Origin: Macrostomum lignano
Taxonomy: Eukaryota
Direction: 5' to 3'
DNA: 64,000 bases
NCBI GenBank assembly: GCA_002269645.1
Contig: NIVC01000527.1
Location: 186,001-250,000, forward strand
Part shown: one piece after another, positions 32,386-46,364 of the stretch
Layout of the letters: every line of letters begins with the position of its first letter
Position numbering within the stretch: the stretch's first letter is position 1
Program-made: the position numbers and the translations under genes
Notes under the pieces: generated by a model
Database searches by the model: none
Told to the model about the DNA's origin: nothing
Seen by the model: the letters and a program-made list of their open reading frames with translations, nothing else

Positions 32386-32699
32386 ATAAGAGTAACCAAA
32401 TGCCTTTCCAGTAAACTGTTAATTTGACTTCATCCTCTGTTTGCAGAGGCAGGATTTCGCTAAGAAAACGATTAGTCTATTTGTTTAGACCAGTTATTGT
32501 TAAAAAGGCACAAGATAAAGAACATTTTTATATTTTTGCGAATTCCATTCATACTGTATGAAATACATTAGAAACATTGCAAGCCTCAATGGGGCCAAAT
32601 ATATATTTAAAGACAAAAGGGTCTCCACAGAACTTTATCAGATTGTAAACAAAATATATGCGATTTGTTTACTTTATTTATGAAGACTGTTGTACAAGT

Positions 32700-34050
32700 G
32701 AGAGAGAGAGTAGAGAGGGCAGAGAGGACAGAGAGACCGGAAACAGATGTAAAGTGTTTGAGGGGAGAGGGAGTGAGGTGGCTGGTGGGGTAAGGGCAGA
32801 GAGGACAGAGAGACCGGAAACAGATGTAAAGTGTGTGAGGGGAGAGGGAGTGAGGTGGCTGGTGGGGTAAGGGCAGAGAGGACAGAGAGACAGGAAACAG
32901 ATGTAGTGTGAGGGGAGAGGGAGTGAGGTGGCTGGCGGGTAAGGGCAGAGACGACAGAGAGAGCGGAAGCAGATGTACAATATGAGGGGAGCGGGAGTGA
33001 GGTGGCTGGCGGGGTAAGGGCAGAGAGGACAGAGAAAGTGGGAGCAGATGTACAGTGTGAGGGGAGCTGGTGAGGTGGCTGGCGGGGTAAGGGCAGAGAG
33101 GACAGAGAAAGTGGGAGCAGATGTACAGTGTGAGGGGAGCTGGTGAGGTGGCTGGCGGGGTAAGGGCAGAGAGGACAGAGAAAGTGGGAGCAGATGTACA
33201 GTGTGAGGGAAGCGGGAGTGAGGTGGCTGGCGGGGTAAGGGCAGAGAGGACAGAGAGAGCGGGAGCAGATGTACAGTGTGAGGGAAGCGGGAGTGAGGTG
33301 GCTGGCGGGTAAGGGTAGAGACGACAGAGAGAGCGGAAGCAGATGTACAGTGTGAGGGGAGCTGGTGAGGTGGCTGGCGGGGTAAGGGCAGAGAGGACAG
33401 AGAGACCGGAAACAGATGTAAAGTGTTTGAGGGGAGAGGGAGTGAGGTGGCTGGTGGGGTAAGGGCAGAGAGGACAGAGAGACCGGAAACAGATGTAAAG
33501 TGTGTGAGGGGAGAGGGAGTGAGGTGGCTGGCGGGGTAAGGGCAGAGAGGACAGAGAAAGTGGGAGCAGATGTACAGTGTGAGGGGAGCTGGTGAGGTGG
33601 CTGGCGGGGTAAGGGCAGAGAGGACAGAGAAAGTGGGAGCAGATGTACAGTGTGAGGGAAGCGGGAGTGAGGTGGCTGGCGGGGTAAGGGCAGAGAGGAC
33701 AGAGAGAGCGGGAGCAGATGTACAGTGTGAGGGAAGCGGGAGTGAGGTGGCTGGCGGGTAAGGGTAGAGACGACAGAGAGAGCGGAAGCAGATGTACAGT
33801 GTGAGGGGAGCTGGTGAGGTGGCTGGCGGGGTAAGGGCAGAGGACAGAGAGACCGGAAACAGATGTAAAGTGTGTGAGGGGAGAGGGAGTGAGGTGGCTG
33901 GTGGGGTAAGGGCAGAGAGGACAGAGAGACAGGAAACAGATGTAGTGTGAGGGGAGCTGGTGAGGTGGCTGGCGGGTAAGGGCAGAGAGGACAAAGAGAG
34001 CGGGAGCAGATGTACAGTGTGAGGGGAGCAGGAGTGAGGTGGCTGGCGGG
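32700..34050. repeat. About 75-bp purine-rich satellite with a higher-order duplication
   Basis: gtgaggtggctggcggggtaagggcagagaggacagaga..agatgtacagtgtgagggg; identical blocks at 33121 and 33570. Confidence 0.92.
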
Positions 34051-34581
34051 TTAAAGGTAGAGGTTGGACATTGGAAATTATCATAAAAAATAATTTCAAT
34101 TTATTTATCAAATGTGAAATCACAGATAGATCTAAAAAATTCTGAAAGAAGACTTTAAGTTGATTTTGAGGAATAACCTTCAAACATACTATACATCATG
34201 CACTAAAGTAAGTGAAATGAGACATTTATTTTGGATTTATAGTACACAGGCTTACAGTAGTATGTATTGCAAAAGAGCTAACGCAATACTGACTATGCAC
34301 TTGGTACTACGATTTTCATTGAGTTCACGCAGAAAGTGAGTGAAATGGCTAAGAAACTATTACCACGATTAAACTAATAATTTTTAAGTCACTAAATTAG
34401 GAAAGACCAACTGACCACTATATGGACAATGATTTAATCTAAGAAAGTGAAAGCAAGCACAGTAAAAAAGTTTCAACGACAAATTTGCAGGAAAAGGCTA
34501 TTAAAGCAATTGAAAATCTATAAATTCTGCTTCAATAAAACTAACATTAGGTTAACTTGTTTTAAATCAAATTAGCGATCT

Positions 34582-35975
34582 AGCAGCCAATCAGCAGCCA
34601 TCTAGCAGCCAATCAGCAGCCAATCAGCAGTCATCTAGCAGCCAATCAGCAGCCAATCAGCAGTCATCTAGCAGCCAATCAGCAGCCATCTAGCAGCCAA
34701 TCAGCAGCCATCTAGCAGCCAATCAGCAGTCATCTAGTAGCCAATCAGCAGCCATCTAGCAGCCAATCAGCATCCATCTAGCAGCCATCGAGCAGCCATC
34801 TAGCAGCCAATCAGCAGCCATCTAGCAGCCAATCAGCAGTCATCTAGCAGCCAATCAGCAGCCATCTAGCAGCCAATCAGCAGTCATCTAGCAGCCAATC
34901 AGCAGTCATCTAGCAGCCAATCAGCAGCCAATCAGCAGTCATCTAGCAGCCAATCAGCAGTCATCTAGCAGCCAATCAGCAGCCAATCAGCAGTCATCTA
35001 GCAGCCAATCAGCAGCCATCTAGCAGCCAATCAGCAGCCAATCAGCAGTCATCTAGTAGCCAATCAGCAGCCATCTAGCAGCCAATCAGCATCCATCTAG
35101 CAGCCATCGAGCAGCCATCTAGCAGCCAATCAGCAGCCATCTAGCAGCCAATCAGCAGTCATCTAGCAGCCAATCAGCAGCCATCTAGCAGCCAATCAGC
35201 AGTCATCTAGCAGCCAATCAGCAGTCATCTAGCAGCCAATCAGCAGCCAATCAGCAGTCATCTAGCAGCCAATCAGCAGCCATCTAGCAGCCAATCAGCA
35301 GCCATCTAGCAGCCAATCAGCAGTCATCTAGCAGCCAATCAGCAGCCATCTAGCAGCCAATCAGCAGCCATCTAGCAGCCAATCAGCAGTCATCTAGCAG
35401 CCAATCAGCAGCCATCTAGCAGCCAATCAGCATCCATCTAGCAGCCATCGAGCAGCCATCTAGCAGCCAATCAGCAGCCATCTAGCAGCCAATTAGCTGT
35501 CATCTAGCAGCCAATCAGCAGCCATCTAGCAGCCAATCAGCAGTCATCTAGCAGCCAATCAGCATCCATCTAGCAGCCACCGAGCAGCTATCTAGCAGCC
35601 AATCAGCAGTCATCTAGCAGCCAATCAGCAGCCATCTAGCAGCCAATCAGCAGCCATCTAGCAGCCAATCAGCAGCCATCTAGCAGCCAATCAGCAGTCA
35701 TCTAGCAGCCAATCAGCAGCCATCTAGCAGCCAATCAGCAGCCATCTAGCAGCCAATCAGCATCCATCTAGCAGCCATCTAGCAGCCAATCAGCAGCCAT
35801 CTAGCAGCCATCTAGCAGCCAATCAGCAGCCATCTAGCAGCCATCTAGCAGCCAATCAGCAGCCATCTAGCAGCCATCTAGCAGCCAATCAGCAGCCATC
35901 TAGCAGCCATCTAGCAGCCAATCAGCAGCCATCTAGCAGCCAATCAGCAGCTATCTAGCAGCCATCTAGCAGCCA
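34582..35975. repeat. CCAAT-containing satellite (AGCCAATCAGC / AGCCATCTAGC subunits) at the PLPP6 3' end
   Basis: Direct inspection; starts about 14 bp past the PLPP6 stop on the minus strand. Confidence 0.95.
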
Positions 35976-35988
35976 TGTACAGTCAGAG

Positions 35989-37304
35989 TCAGCTTCTCCC
36001 AATGGCAGCAGCCAGCAGGCCAATCAGCCGGGCGCTGAGCTCCAGCCCGGGCAGGTAGGGCCACATAAGCAGGGCCTCCAGGCAGCCAATAGCAAAGCCG
36101 CAGGCCACGTCCAGAGGAAAGTGCCGCCCAAGCAGCACCCTGGAGGCGGGCACAGCCAGCAGCCAGAGCAGGGCTGGCAGCCTTAGACAGGCGCTGAAGT
36201 GCAGCAGGCAGAGCATCATGCCGCACTTGCTGGCGTGACCAGAGGGAAATGAGTAGTGATCCACTGCAACTGTGGCTGTCATGTCCGCCGCGTGGTTCCT
36301 GCCTGCCAGGTTCAGTCAAATGGACTTTTTAGAGTATAACCCGACCTAGGAAAGATCCCACTTTGGTCAGATCCCTATTCTGAACAGATTCCCATGCTTC
36401 CCAGATCCCCATTCTTGCCACATTCCCTTTCTGCCCAGATCCCCATTCTTCTCAGAACTCCATTTTCCTAGGTCCCCTCTTCCCAGATCCCCATTCTTCC
36501 CAGATCCCCATTCTTTCCAGATCCCCATTCTGAACAGATCCCCATTCTTCCCAGATCCTCATTTGAACAGATCCTCATTCTTCCCAGATCCCCATTCTTC
36601 CCAGATCCCCATTTTCCTAGGTCCCCTCTTCCCAGATCCCCATTCTTCCCAGATCCCCATTCTTTCCAGATCCCCATTCTGAACAGATCCCCATTCTTCC
36701 CAGATCCTCATTTGAACAGATCCCCATTCTTCCCAGATCCTCATTTGAACAGATCCTCATTCTTCCCAGATCCCCATTCTTCCCAGATCCCCATTCTTCC
36801 TAGATACTAGATCCCCATTCTGCCTAGATCCCCATTCTTCCCAGATCTCCATTCTTCCCAGATCCCCATTCTTCCCAGATCCCCATTCTTCCCAAATCCT
36901 CATTCTTCCCAGATCCCCATTCTACCCAGATACTAGATCCCCATTCTGCCCAGATCCCCATTCTCCCCAGATCCCCATTCTCCCTACGAGAACTCTTTAG
37001 CCCGCAGCAATCGATTCTCACCCGGCCTCCCCCGCCGGAACACCGCCTTCAGGCAGCCAATCAGCAGCAGGTCGAACAGCTGGCCGGCGAACAGGCGCAG
37101 ACAGAGCAGCCGGGCCTCGGGGCCCCCGGCCTGCAGGGCGAAGAGCACAGCGAGCAGCGGCAGCAGCAGGGCAGCGTGACCCGACACCTCCAGCAGGAGG
37201 GCGACGCGGCGGAGTGGCGCGCGGGGCCGGGCCAGCAGCGACAGGCGCTCCGATAGGGCCGCGTCGAGACTCAGCAGGCGATCCTGCAGTGCAAAACCAC
37301 TCAT
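35989..37304 (-). CDS. PLPP6: PAP2-family polyisoprenoid diphosphate phosphatase (PLPP6/PLPP7-like)
   Basis: Exons about 37304-37022 and 36302-35989 (phase 1 join). Catalytic motifs KAVFRRGRP, YSFPSGHA, SRVLLGRH..DV and LLEVSGH. The start codon (37304 or 37313, or an upstream exon) is uncertain. Confidence 0.85.
36345..36982. repeat. About 19-bp repeat (CCCAGATCCCCATTCTT) in the PLPP6 intron
   Basis: Direct inspection. Confidence 0.9.
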
Positions 37305-37870
37305 ATTGGTCATTGGTCATTAGATAATTGGTGATTAGGTCATGCATAAAGGTATGAGTCATTAGGTCATCGGTCACTAGGTCATGTGTCATTAGGACAT
37401 GTGTCATTAGAGCATAGGCCACTACATCATTTGTCATTAGATAATTGGTGATTAGGTCATGGGTCATAAAGGTATGGGTCATTAGGTCATCGGTCACTAG
37501 GTAATTGGTCATTAGGTCATGGGTCATTAGGTCATGTGTCATTAGAGCATAGGCCACTACATCATTTGTCATTAGATAATTGGTGATTAGGTCATGGGTC
37601 ATAAAGGTATGGGTCATTAGGTCATCGGTCACTAGGTAATTGGTCATTAGGTCATGGGTCATTAGGTCATGGGTCATTAGGTCATGGGTCATTAGGTCAT
37701 GGGTCATTAGGTCATGGGTCATTAGGTCATGGGTCATTAGGTCATGTGTCATTAGAGCATAGGCGACTATGTAATTTGTCATTAGATAATTGGTGATTAG
37801 GTCATGGGTCATTAGGTCATGGTTCATTAGATAATTGGTGATTAGGTCATGGGTCATTAGGTCATGGGGT
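37305..37870. repeat. 15-bp-based repeat (ATTAGGTCATGGGTC) upstream of PLPP6
   Basis: Direct inspection. Confidence 0.9.
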
Positions 37871-38419
37871 AATTAGGTCCTGTGATCATGAAGTCTTGGG
37901 TCATTATGTCATAATCGGATTAGAAGGTGCTGAAGGCTTTGCATATGAAAGACGAATAAATAAAAGTCTGATATTCTGTACTCTGGCTAAAGAAATTAGA
38001 GCAAATGCGCAATCAGCGAAATTTTATTTTATTTATCTAAATTCACACCCAATAGATCATCAATGAACTAAAAGTGCTACTCACAGTAGGCACAGCACTG
38101 AGTGACACTTGATCAGCCTGTGGACTGGGCACGAACGAAAAACAAAATCAAATTGCCAGGGACCGTTGGTTATGCTGAATGGATTAGAGACTCATCACCT
38201 ACGAGCCTATAAAACAGCGGCATTGTAAAAAAGGAGTGGGGAAGTTGAGGAATGTGCTCACTAAACCATGCTGAGCGTCTGGGTGCGTGAATGGAAAAAA
38301 ATATACTGCAACATTGCGAATTTAAATTAGCACCAAAAATTTAAGTCAATTCTAAAAATTGAAAACAGCTACGCGATTTTGGTTTGCGTAAATATATTCT
38401 TGAAGATAAGAATATTGAT

Positions 38420-38770
38420 CCGTTGTGTGTACAATAAAGGGATAGAATTTTGCGGGCCACGTACATTCAGGAGAAGGAAATATAGACCAGGCTTGTGTAC
38501 TCGTACATTTACGCGATATACGAGTAAGAAGGAATTCTGTCCGTACATTGAGGGATAAAAATTTCGAGGGCACGAATGTACACTCAGGGATAGAAATTGA
38601 GGGGCACGAATGTACACTCAGGGATAGAAATTGAGGGGGCACGAATGTACACTAAGGGATAGAAATTGAGGGGGCACGAATGTACACTCAGGGATAGAAA
38701 TTGCGGGGGCACGAATGTACACTCAGTGATAGAAATTTCGAGGGCCGAATGTACACTCCGGGACTAAAAT
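38420..38770. repeat. About 32-bp repeat (GGGCACGAATGTACACTCAGGGATAGAAATT)
   Basis: About 6-7 good copies plus degenerate flanks. Confidence 0.85.
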
Positions 38771-38969
38771 GAGGTTGGACTAGCGTACATTCAAATAAAA
38801 GAATTTTGTAAATGTTTGATTTAAATAAACAATTATCAAGCGAGGCAGCGTATGTTCTAAAACAAAACTTTAATTTAATCAATTAGCTATATCAAAAATA
38901 TATTTGAAAAATAAAAAACAGGTCCATTTCGACTAATCAGTGAAATCTTCCAACTCTCCAATATCATTA

Positions 38970-41275
<2,306 letters not shown>

Positions 41276-41614
41276 CACAATACCTGCTGTACTTTGTCAT
41301 GAAAATCTGCGCGTATTAGAAAAAAAACAGCTGATGTGTCTAACTCAAAACCAAAGGAAGGTCCGGGGTTCGAAGCGCCGCGGGAAAATTGCATGCAAAT
41401 TGTAAAAATGGAAAAAATATACCCATCTGTAGTAAAACTGCCAATACAAACGACGAAACGAGACAAGTGCTGTTAACCTCTGCATAAATTCATAAATTTC
41501 TAATATTTTGCGTCAAAGCTTTTAAATAGAGGGAAAAATTGGGCGAATGGAAGAGAAGAAAATTCAGGTAATAAAATAAAATTTTATACTCGACTTTCGC
41601 TCAGTTTGAATCGC

Positions 41615-42048
41615 AGATATTAAAATAACTGGATGGGCCACTCAAAACAGCTTTCTACTTTCAGTTCAGTAGCAAATAAGAATATATAAGCTATTTTATA
41701 AAATAAAGGCAGCTGAAATGACTGACTGAGAAGTTTAGAAGCCCAAGCTTGCAGGCGTAAACAACTTGCTAATTGGTTCAGCAATAATGTACATTAGCCA
41801 GTCCACTGAAATGTACATTGCAGCTATAGGCTGGAATTCCGAGAGAGGCAATAAAAATTGGGGCGGGGCGGGGCGGGGGGGGGTAGTGTGGAAAGGCGCG
41901 GTTGGGGGGTTTAAGCTGGGGGTCAGGACCAATAAATAAGCCTTGGCTTTAAAAATACATTAAAATGCTTCTGTTCAACTTACTACTGAACTGAAAGTAG
42001 CTTACACGCAAATGTGCTGAGTGGCCCATCATAGTTATTTTAGTATCT
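41615..42048. mobile_element. MITE with imperfect terminal inverted repeats, copy 2
   Basis: Left end agatattaaaataactggatgggccactca..ctactttcagttcagtag is the reverse complement of the right end ctactgaactgaaagtag..tgagtggcccatcatagttattttagtatct. Second copy at 215-628. Confidence 0.8.
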
Positions 42049-42813
42049 ATGGCTTAAATTCGCGCGAAAAAAATAAACGACTTTGAATAGCCTCATCAGC
42101 AGCTTTACAGATCTGTGAAGCAAATTCAACAGAAGCAGCAGTTAGAAACCAGCTTCTGTTAATTCTTGGAAAACGAAAAACGCTTTCGTGGAAAATCGGT
42201 GCGAAAGAGTTCAGTAAGACAAAAATAATTTTTAAAGGAAAGCCGCAAACTCGGTTAGAATACTTCGTTAATACAGCATAAGGTCCGACAGTGCTATTTA
42301 AAAAGGAAAACAGAAAAAATGATAGGCATAAATATTTAAATATTTTATAAATAAAAACGGTGAGCGCAGTAAAACAAGACAGCAGTTATAACAAAGTAAT
42401 AAATGTTTATCATAGAATCTAATATAAACACAACCTTCCGTGTAGAAAAAAGGAAAAGTCGGTTAAGTAAAAGTCCGCTAGAAAAAAGTAGAATTGGAAA
42501 ACCTGTACAAATTAGTATGGACAAATGGTAAAAAAGCAGGTTGCTTTTATGGCTTGCAAACTTTAACTTCAATACTACTAACAGTAGATGAAAATACACA
42601 GAGGTTTGTGCATGAAAAAAAATTAATAATTCAGTTAAGGCACTTATCACTAATAAACTTTAAGTTTCTCTATCTCTTTTACTCTTGATGCAAAATAAAT
42701 GTAAAACGCTTTCTAAATTGCTTTTAGTAGCGATAGTAGTAAAAATGATTTTATAATTTTTTTAATTAAAATTTAGTACTATTGGTCATTGGTTCGAATC
42801 GACAGCAGCAGCC

Positions 42814-45299
42814 CTAGCAAGCGGATTTCTGCCTGGTTGGAGACAGAATCAGCGGATCTTTCAGGCGCCTGGCCTCGGTCTCGAGCTGCGAGATCTGCTC
42901 CCGAAGCATGTTGTACTGCTCAACGTCAAATTTCTGTTTCTCCGCGTCTGAGTAAAATTTCTTCAGGTATTCCCGGTCCCACACTTGCGGGAAGGTGTAC
43001 TCCTGCGGATGGAGAAAGGAGTGCGGCACTCGGTTGAGCTGGTCACTCCGAGATATCACTCCGAGACTATGATATGGTCACTCCGAGACTAAAATATTGT
43101 CACTCCGAGACTACAATATTGTCACTCTGAGACTAATATTGTCACTCTGAGACTAATATTGTCACTCCGAGACTAAAATATTGTCACTCCGAGACTACAA
43201 TATTGTCACTCTGAGACTAAAATATTGTCACTCCGAGACTACAATATTGTCACTCTGAGACTAATATTGTCACTCCGAGACTAAAATATTGTCACTCCGA
43301 GACTAAAATATTGTCACTCCGAGACTACAATATTATCACTCCGAGACTATAATATTGTCACTCTGAAATTGTCACACTGACTCTTGGAAGATTGTCACAC
43401 TGTCACTCTGGAGTTGTCACACTGACTCTTTGGAGATTGTCACACTGTCACTCTGGAGACTGTCACACTGTCACTCTGGAATTGTCACTCTTGGCAGACG
43501 GGCCCAAAGGCACTCACCTGCTTGGTGATAACATAGTAGGCGTAGGCAACCATAAGCGTGCCGTAGCCAACAAAGTAGATGACGGGCTCCATGATGTCCC
43601 AGCTGTATTCCCACCAGGTCAAACGGGCCAAAAAGCCAAACTGCAGGCCCATGAAGGACAGGCCGAGCCAGGTGAGGACACGGGTCTGCTGTGACGCTTT
43701 GTTAGCGAGTTGAAGGCGGACCTTGGGGAGAGAAATGGGATTTATGGCTTTTGCTTAGGCTTATAAGGGATATCGGAGTGCCAAGAGTGTAAAGTGAATA
43801 GCAGTAAAGTATGAAATAAAAAAGGTATACATTAAAGAACTGAAAAATTATTTCTCAGGGTGACAAGACAAGGATCTTGGAGTGACAAGACGAGATTATT
43901 TGAGTGACAAGCTGCTGATCTCAAAGTGACAAGATGATAATCTTGGATCAGCAATATTATTGGAGTGACCAAATGAGAATTTTGGAAGGACCAGACATGA
44001 AAACTTGGAGTGACAAGATAATAACCTTGGAGTGACACGGTGACAAGGAGTAACACGATGACAAGACAAGAAAACAAAGAGTGAAAAGAAGAAGAGGAGT
44101 GACATGGTGACAAGAGTGACAAGATGACAAAAAGTGACACGGTAACAGAGTGACAAAATGACAAGGAGTGACAATGAGCGTCTGAGATAACAGGTGCCTC
44201 TCACCTCTTCCAGCGGCTGGATTTGCTGCCGAAGTTCAGCCAGCCTGTCGCTGAGCTGTCGCCCCTTGGCCTCCTGGAAGTCGCGCACGCCCAGGCCGGT
44301 GTACAGCTGAGCGATGCTGTTGCGCACATCGTCCAGCTGCTGGGGCTGCATCTGATCCGAGTCTGCCAGGGCGGCTGGCACGGCCACCTGGTAGCGCTGC
44401 TCGTTCAGCTGCACCTGAAAGCCGTCACTTCTGAGCAGACTCTCGATTGGGTCGGAGCTGGCGACTCGAAATCCGTCTGTTGGCGACAGGGGCGAGTCTT
44501 GGGATACAGTGGGGGCGATTCTTGGGATACAGTGGGGCGATTCTCGGGATACAGTGGGGGCGATTCTCGGGATACAGTGGGGGCGATTCTTGGGATACAG
44601 TGGGGGCGATTCTTGGGATACAGTGGGGGCGATTCTCGGGATACAGTGGGGCGATTCTCGGGATACAGTGGGGGCGAGTCTTGGGATACAGTGGGGGCGA
44701 TTCTTGGGATACAGCTGGGGCGATTCTTGGGATACAGTGGGGGCGAGTCTTGGGATACAGTGGGGGCGATTCTTGGGATACAGCTGGGGCGATTCTTGGG
44801 ATACAGTGGGGGCGATTCTTGGGATACAGCTGGGGCGATTCTTGGGATACAGCGGGGGACAGCACCATTTTACCGCTTCTTTCAACAGTCACAAGCAAAT
44901 TTAAATGAATATAAAAATAGCTCCGACTATTTTAGTGCCATGCTCCATACTCATTACTCACAAATAGTGAGTAGGCAATGCAGCACATGAAATCAAAATA
45001 ATACCTTTAGTGTAAAAAGCCACCATTTCGAGTCCGCGGTCCTCCTTGCGCACGCAGGCAACCAGATTGCCAACCGTGTCTGTCAGCGGCTTCAACGTGA
45101 ACTGGCACGGCACCCCATTCCAGCCGGGAAGTGGCAAGCGAAACCTCGGCAGGCCAGCATCAAAGATGACACTGGCTTGCGCAGTTGGGGCGCTGCAGAA
45201 ACTGCGCTGGTGGGCTGGTTGTTGCCAAGCAACAGATGCCATGGCAATGGGAACTAGGCGATGGTGGGGCCTGAGGTGCTGCCAGCAGCAACTCAACAT
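42814..45299 (-). CDS. MCU: Mitochondrial calcium uniporter, about 319 aa
   Basis: Exons 45299-45005, 44476-44205, 43721-43518, 43002-42814. Transit-peptide-like N-terminus, [17 protein letters not shown], two TM helices flanking [14 protein letters not shown] (DIME motif), KFDVEQYN. Confidence 0.95.
43050..43500. repeat. About 22-bp repeat (TCACTCCGAGACTAAAATATTG) in the last MCU intron
   Basis: Direct inspection. Confidence 0.9.
44488..44860. repeat. 23-bp repeat (GGGATACAGTGGGGGCGATTCTT) in MCU intron 1
   Basis: Direct inspection. Confidence 0.93.
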
Positions 45300-45479
45300 G
45301 GCAGCTAGAAAAGTTTTTGATTTACTAAATATAATGTAAAAACACGATTTATTCTACTTTCTAGGTAGTATAAAAAGTTATTTATGCTGTAAAGTTGTTG
45401 TAGTTGACTTAGTTGCTTGGGACTTCTAGCACTGCCAAGGCATAGATAGACACACACTAACATAGGGTGTACAGTCCAT

Positions 45480-46364
45480 CAGTGTTGGGCACCAGTCCGT
45501 TAATAAGCGTTAATCCGTTAATAAGCATTAATAAGCGTTAAGATTTTTCATTAACGTTAACGGACTGTCGTTAAGATTTTTTTGAACTAACGGATTAACA
45601 AATTTGTGTTAAAAATTTTGTGAATTAACGATAAATTCATCGTTAACGGTAGTGTCTATGTCAATGACCAAAGACGCAAAGAAGGAACAAAAAATAGAAG
45701 TCTTACAAGAAGTTTAAACATTACGAATGTAGCTATTTGAGCTTACCTATATGCCTAAATATAATCTCTTTATTTATGACGATGATCATACAGACGTACA
45801 TGTAATTAACAACTTCTTACAAATAAACTTTAAAATAATGAATTAAAATAGTGTGAAACTTTATTTCTTGCGCGTGAGCATCGATCACTTTGATTCACTT
45901 CTGTCCCAATCTTTCGCAACTTTCTGCTGCGCCTGCTAATGGTACTGAAACAACCTTCCTATGCGTATTTAATTATGAATTTCTCGCTATTAGCTTTTAA
46001 GTTTCAAATAAAATAAGTTACTTTTTTACCATATGCTTTACTTTTAGTAGTATTATGCATGCAAGTTTTTAAAATGATTATTTATTACTTTTTTAGCTTT
46101 CAAATCGCTTAGATGACCTCTGTGTTTCGCATAAAAGATGGAATAGCAAAGATGTGCAATACGAAGTCTGTTTTGGAAAAAACGTGCAAGATTTCCATAT
46201 TTTCTGTGTTAACTTTAATGGATTAACGCTTATTAACGATTATCAGTTAACTTTCAGTTAACTTAACGAAATTAGAAGTTAAAAAGTTAAGATTTTTTTG
46301 TTTCAATGCTAACGCTTTTGCTATTAACGGAAGTTAAGATTTTCATTAACGGTGCCCAACACTG
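45480..46364. mobile_element. Non-autonomous hAT DNA transposon (885 bp)
   Basis: Perfect 14-bp TIRs CAGTGTTGGGCACC / GGTGCCCAACACTG. Perfect 8-bp TSD CAGTCCAT at 45472-45479 and 46365-46372. Subterminal TTAAC/GTTAA clusters. No transposase ORF. Confidence 0.93.

Noticed and set aside
41335-41385. Isolated B-box-like GGTTCGAAGC
   Set aside because: No A box or cloverleaf could be built.
42075-42105. Hammerhead-like CTGATGAG-GCT-ATTCAA-AGTC on the minus strand
   Set aside because: Followed by GTTT instead of the essential GAAA, with no stem III/I partner.
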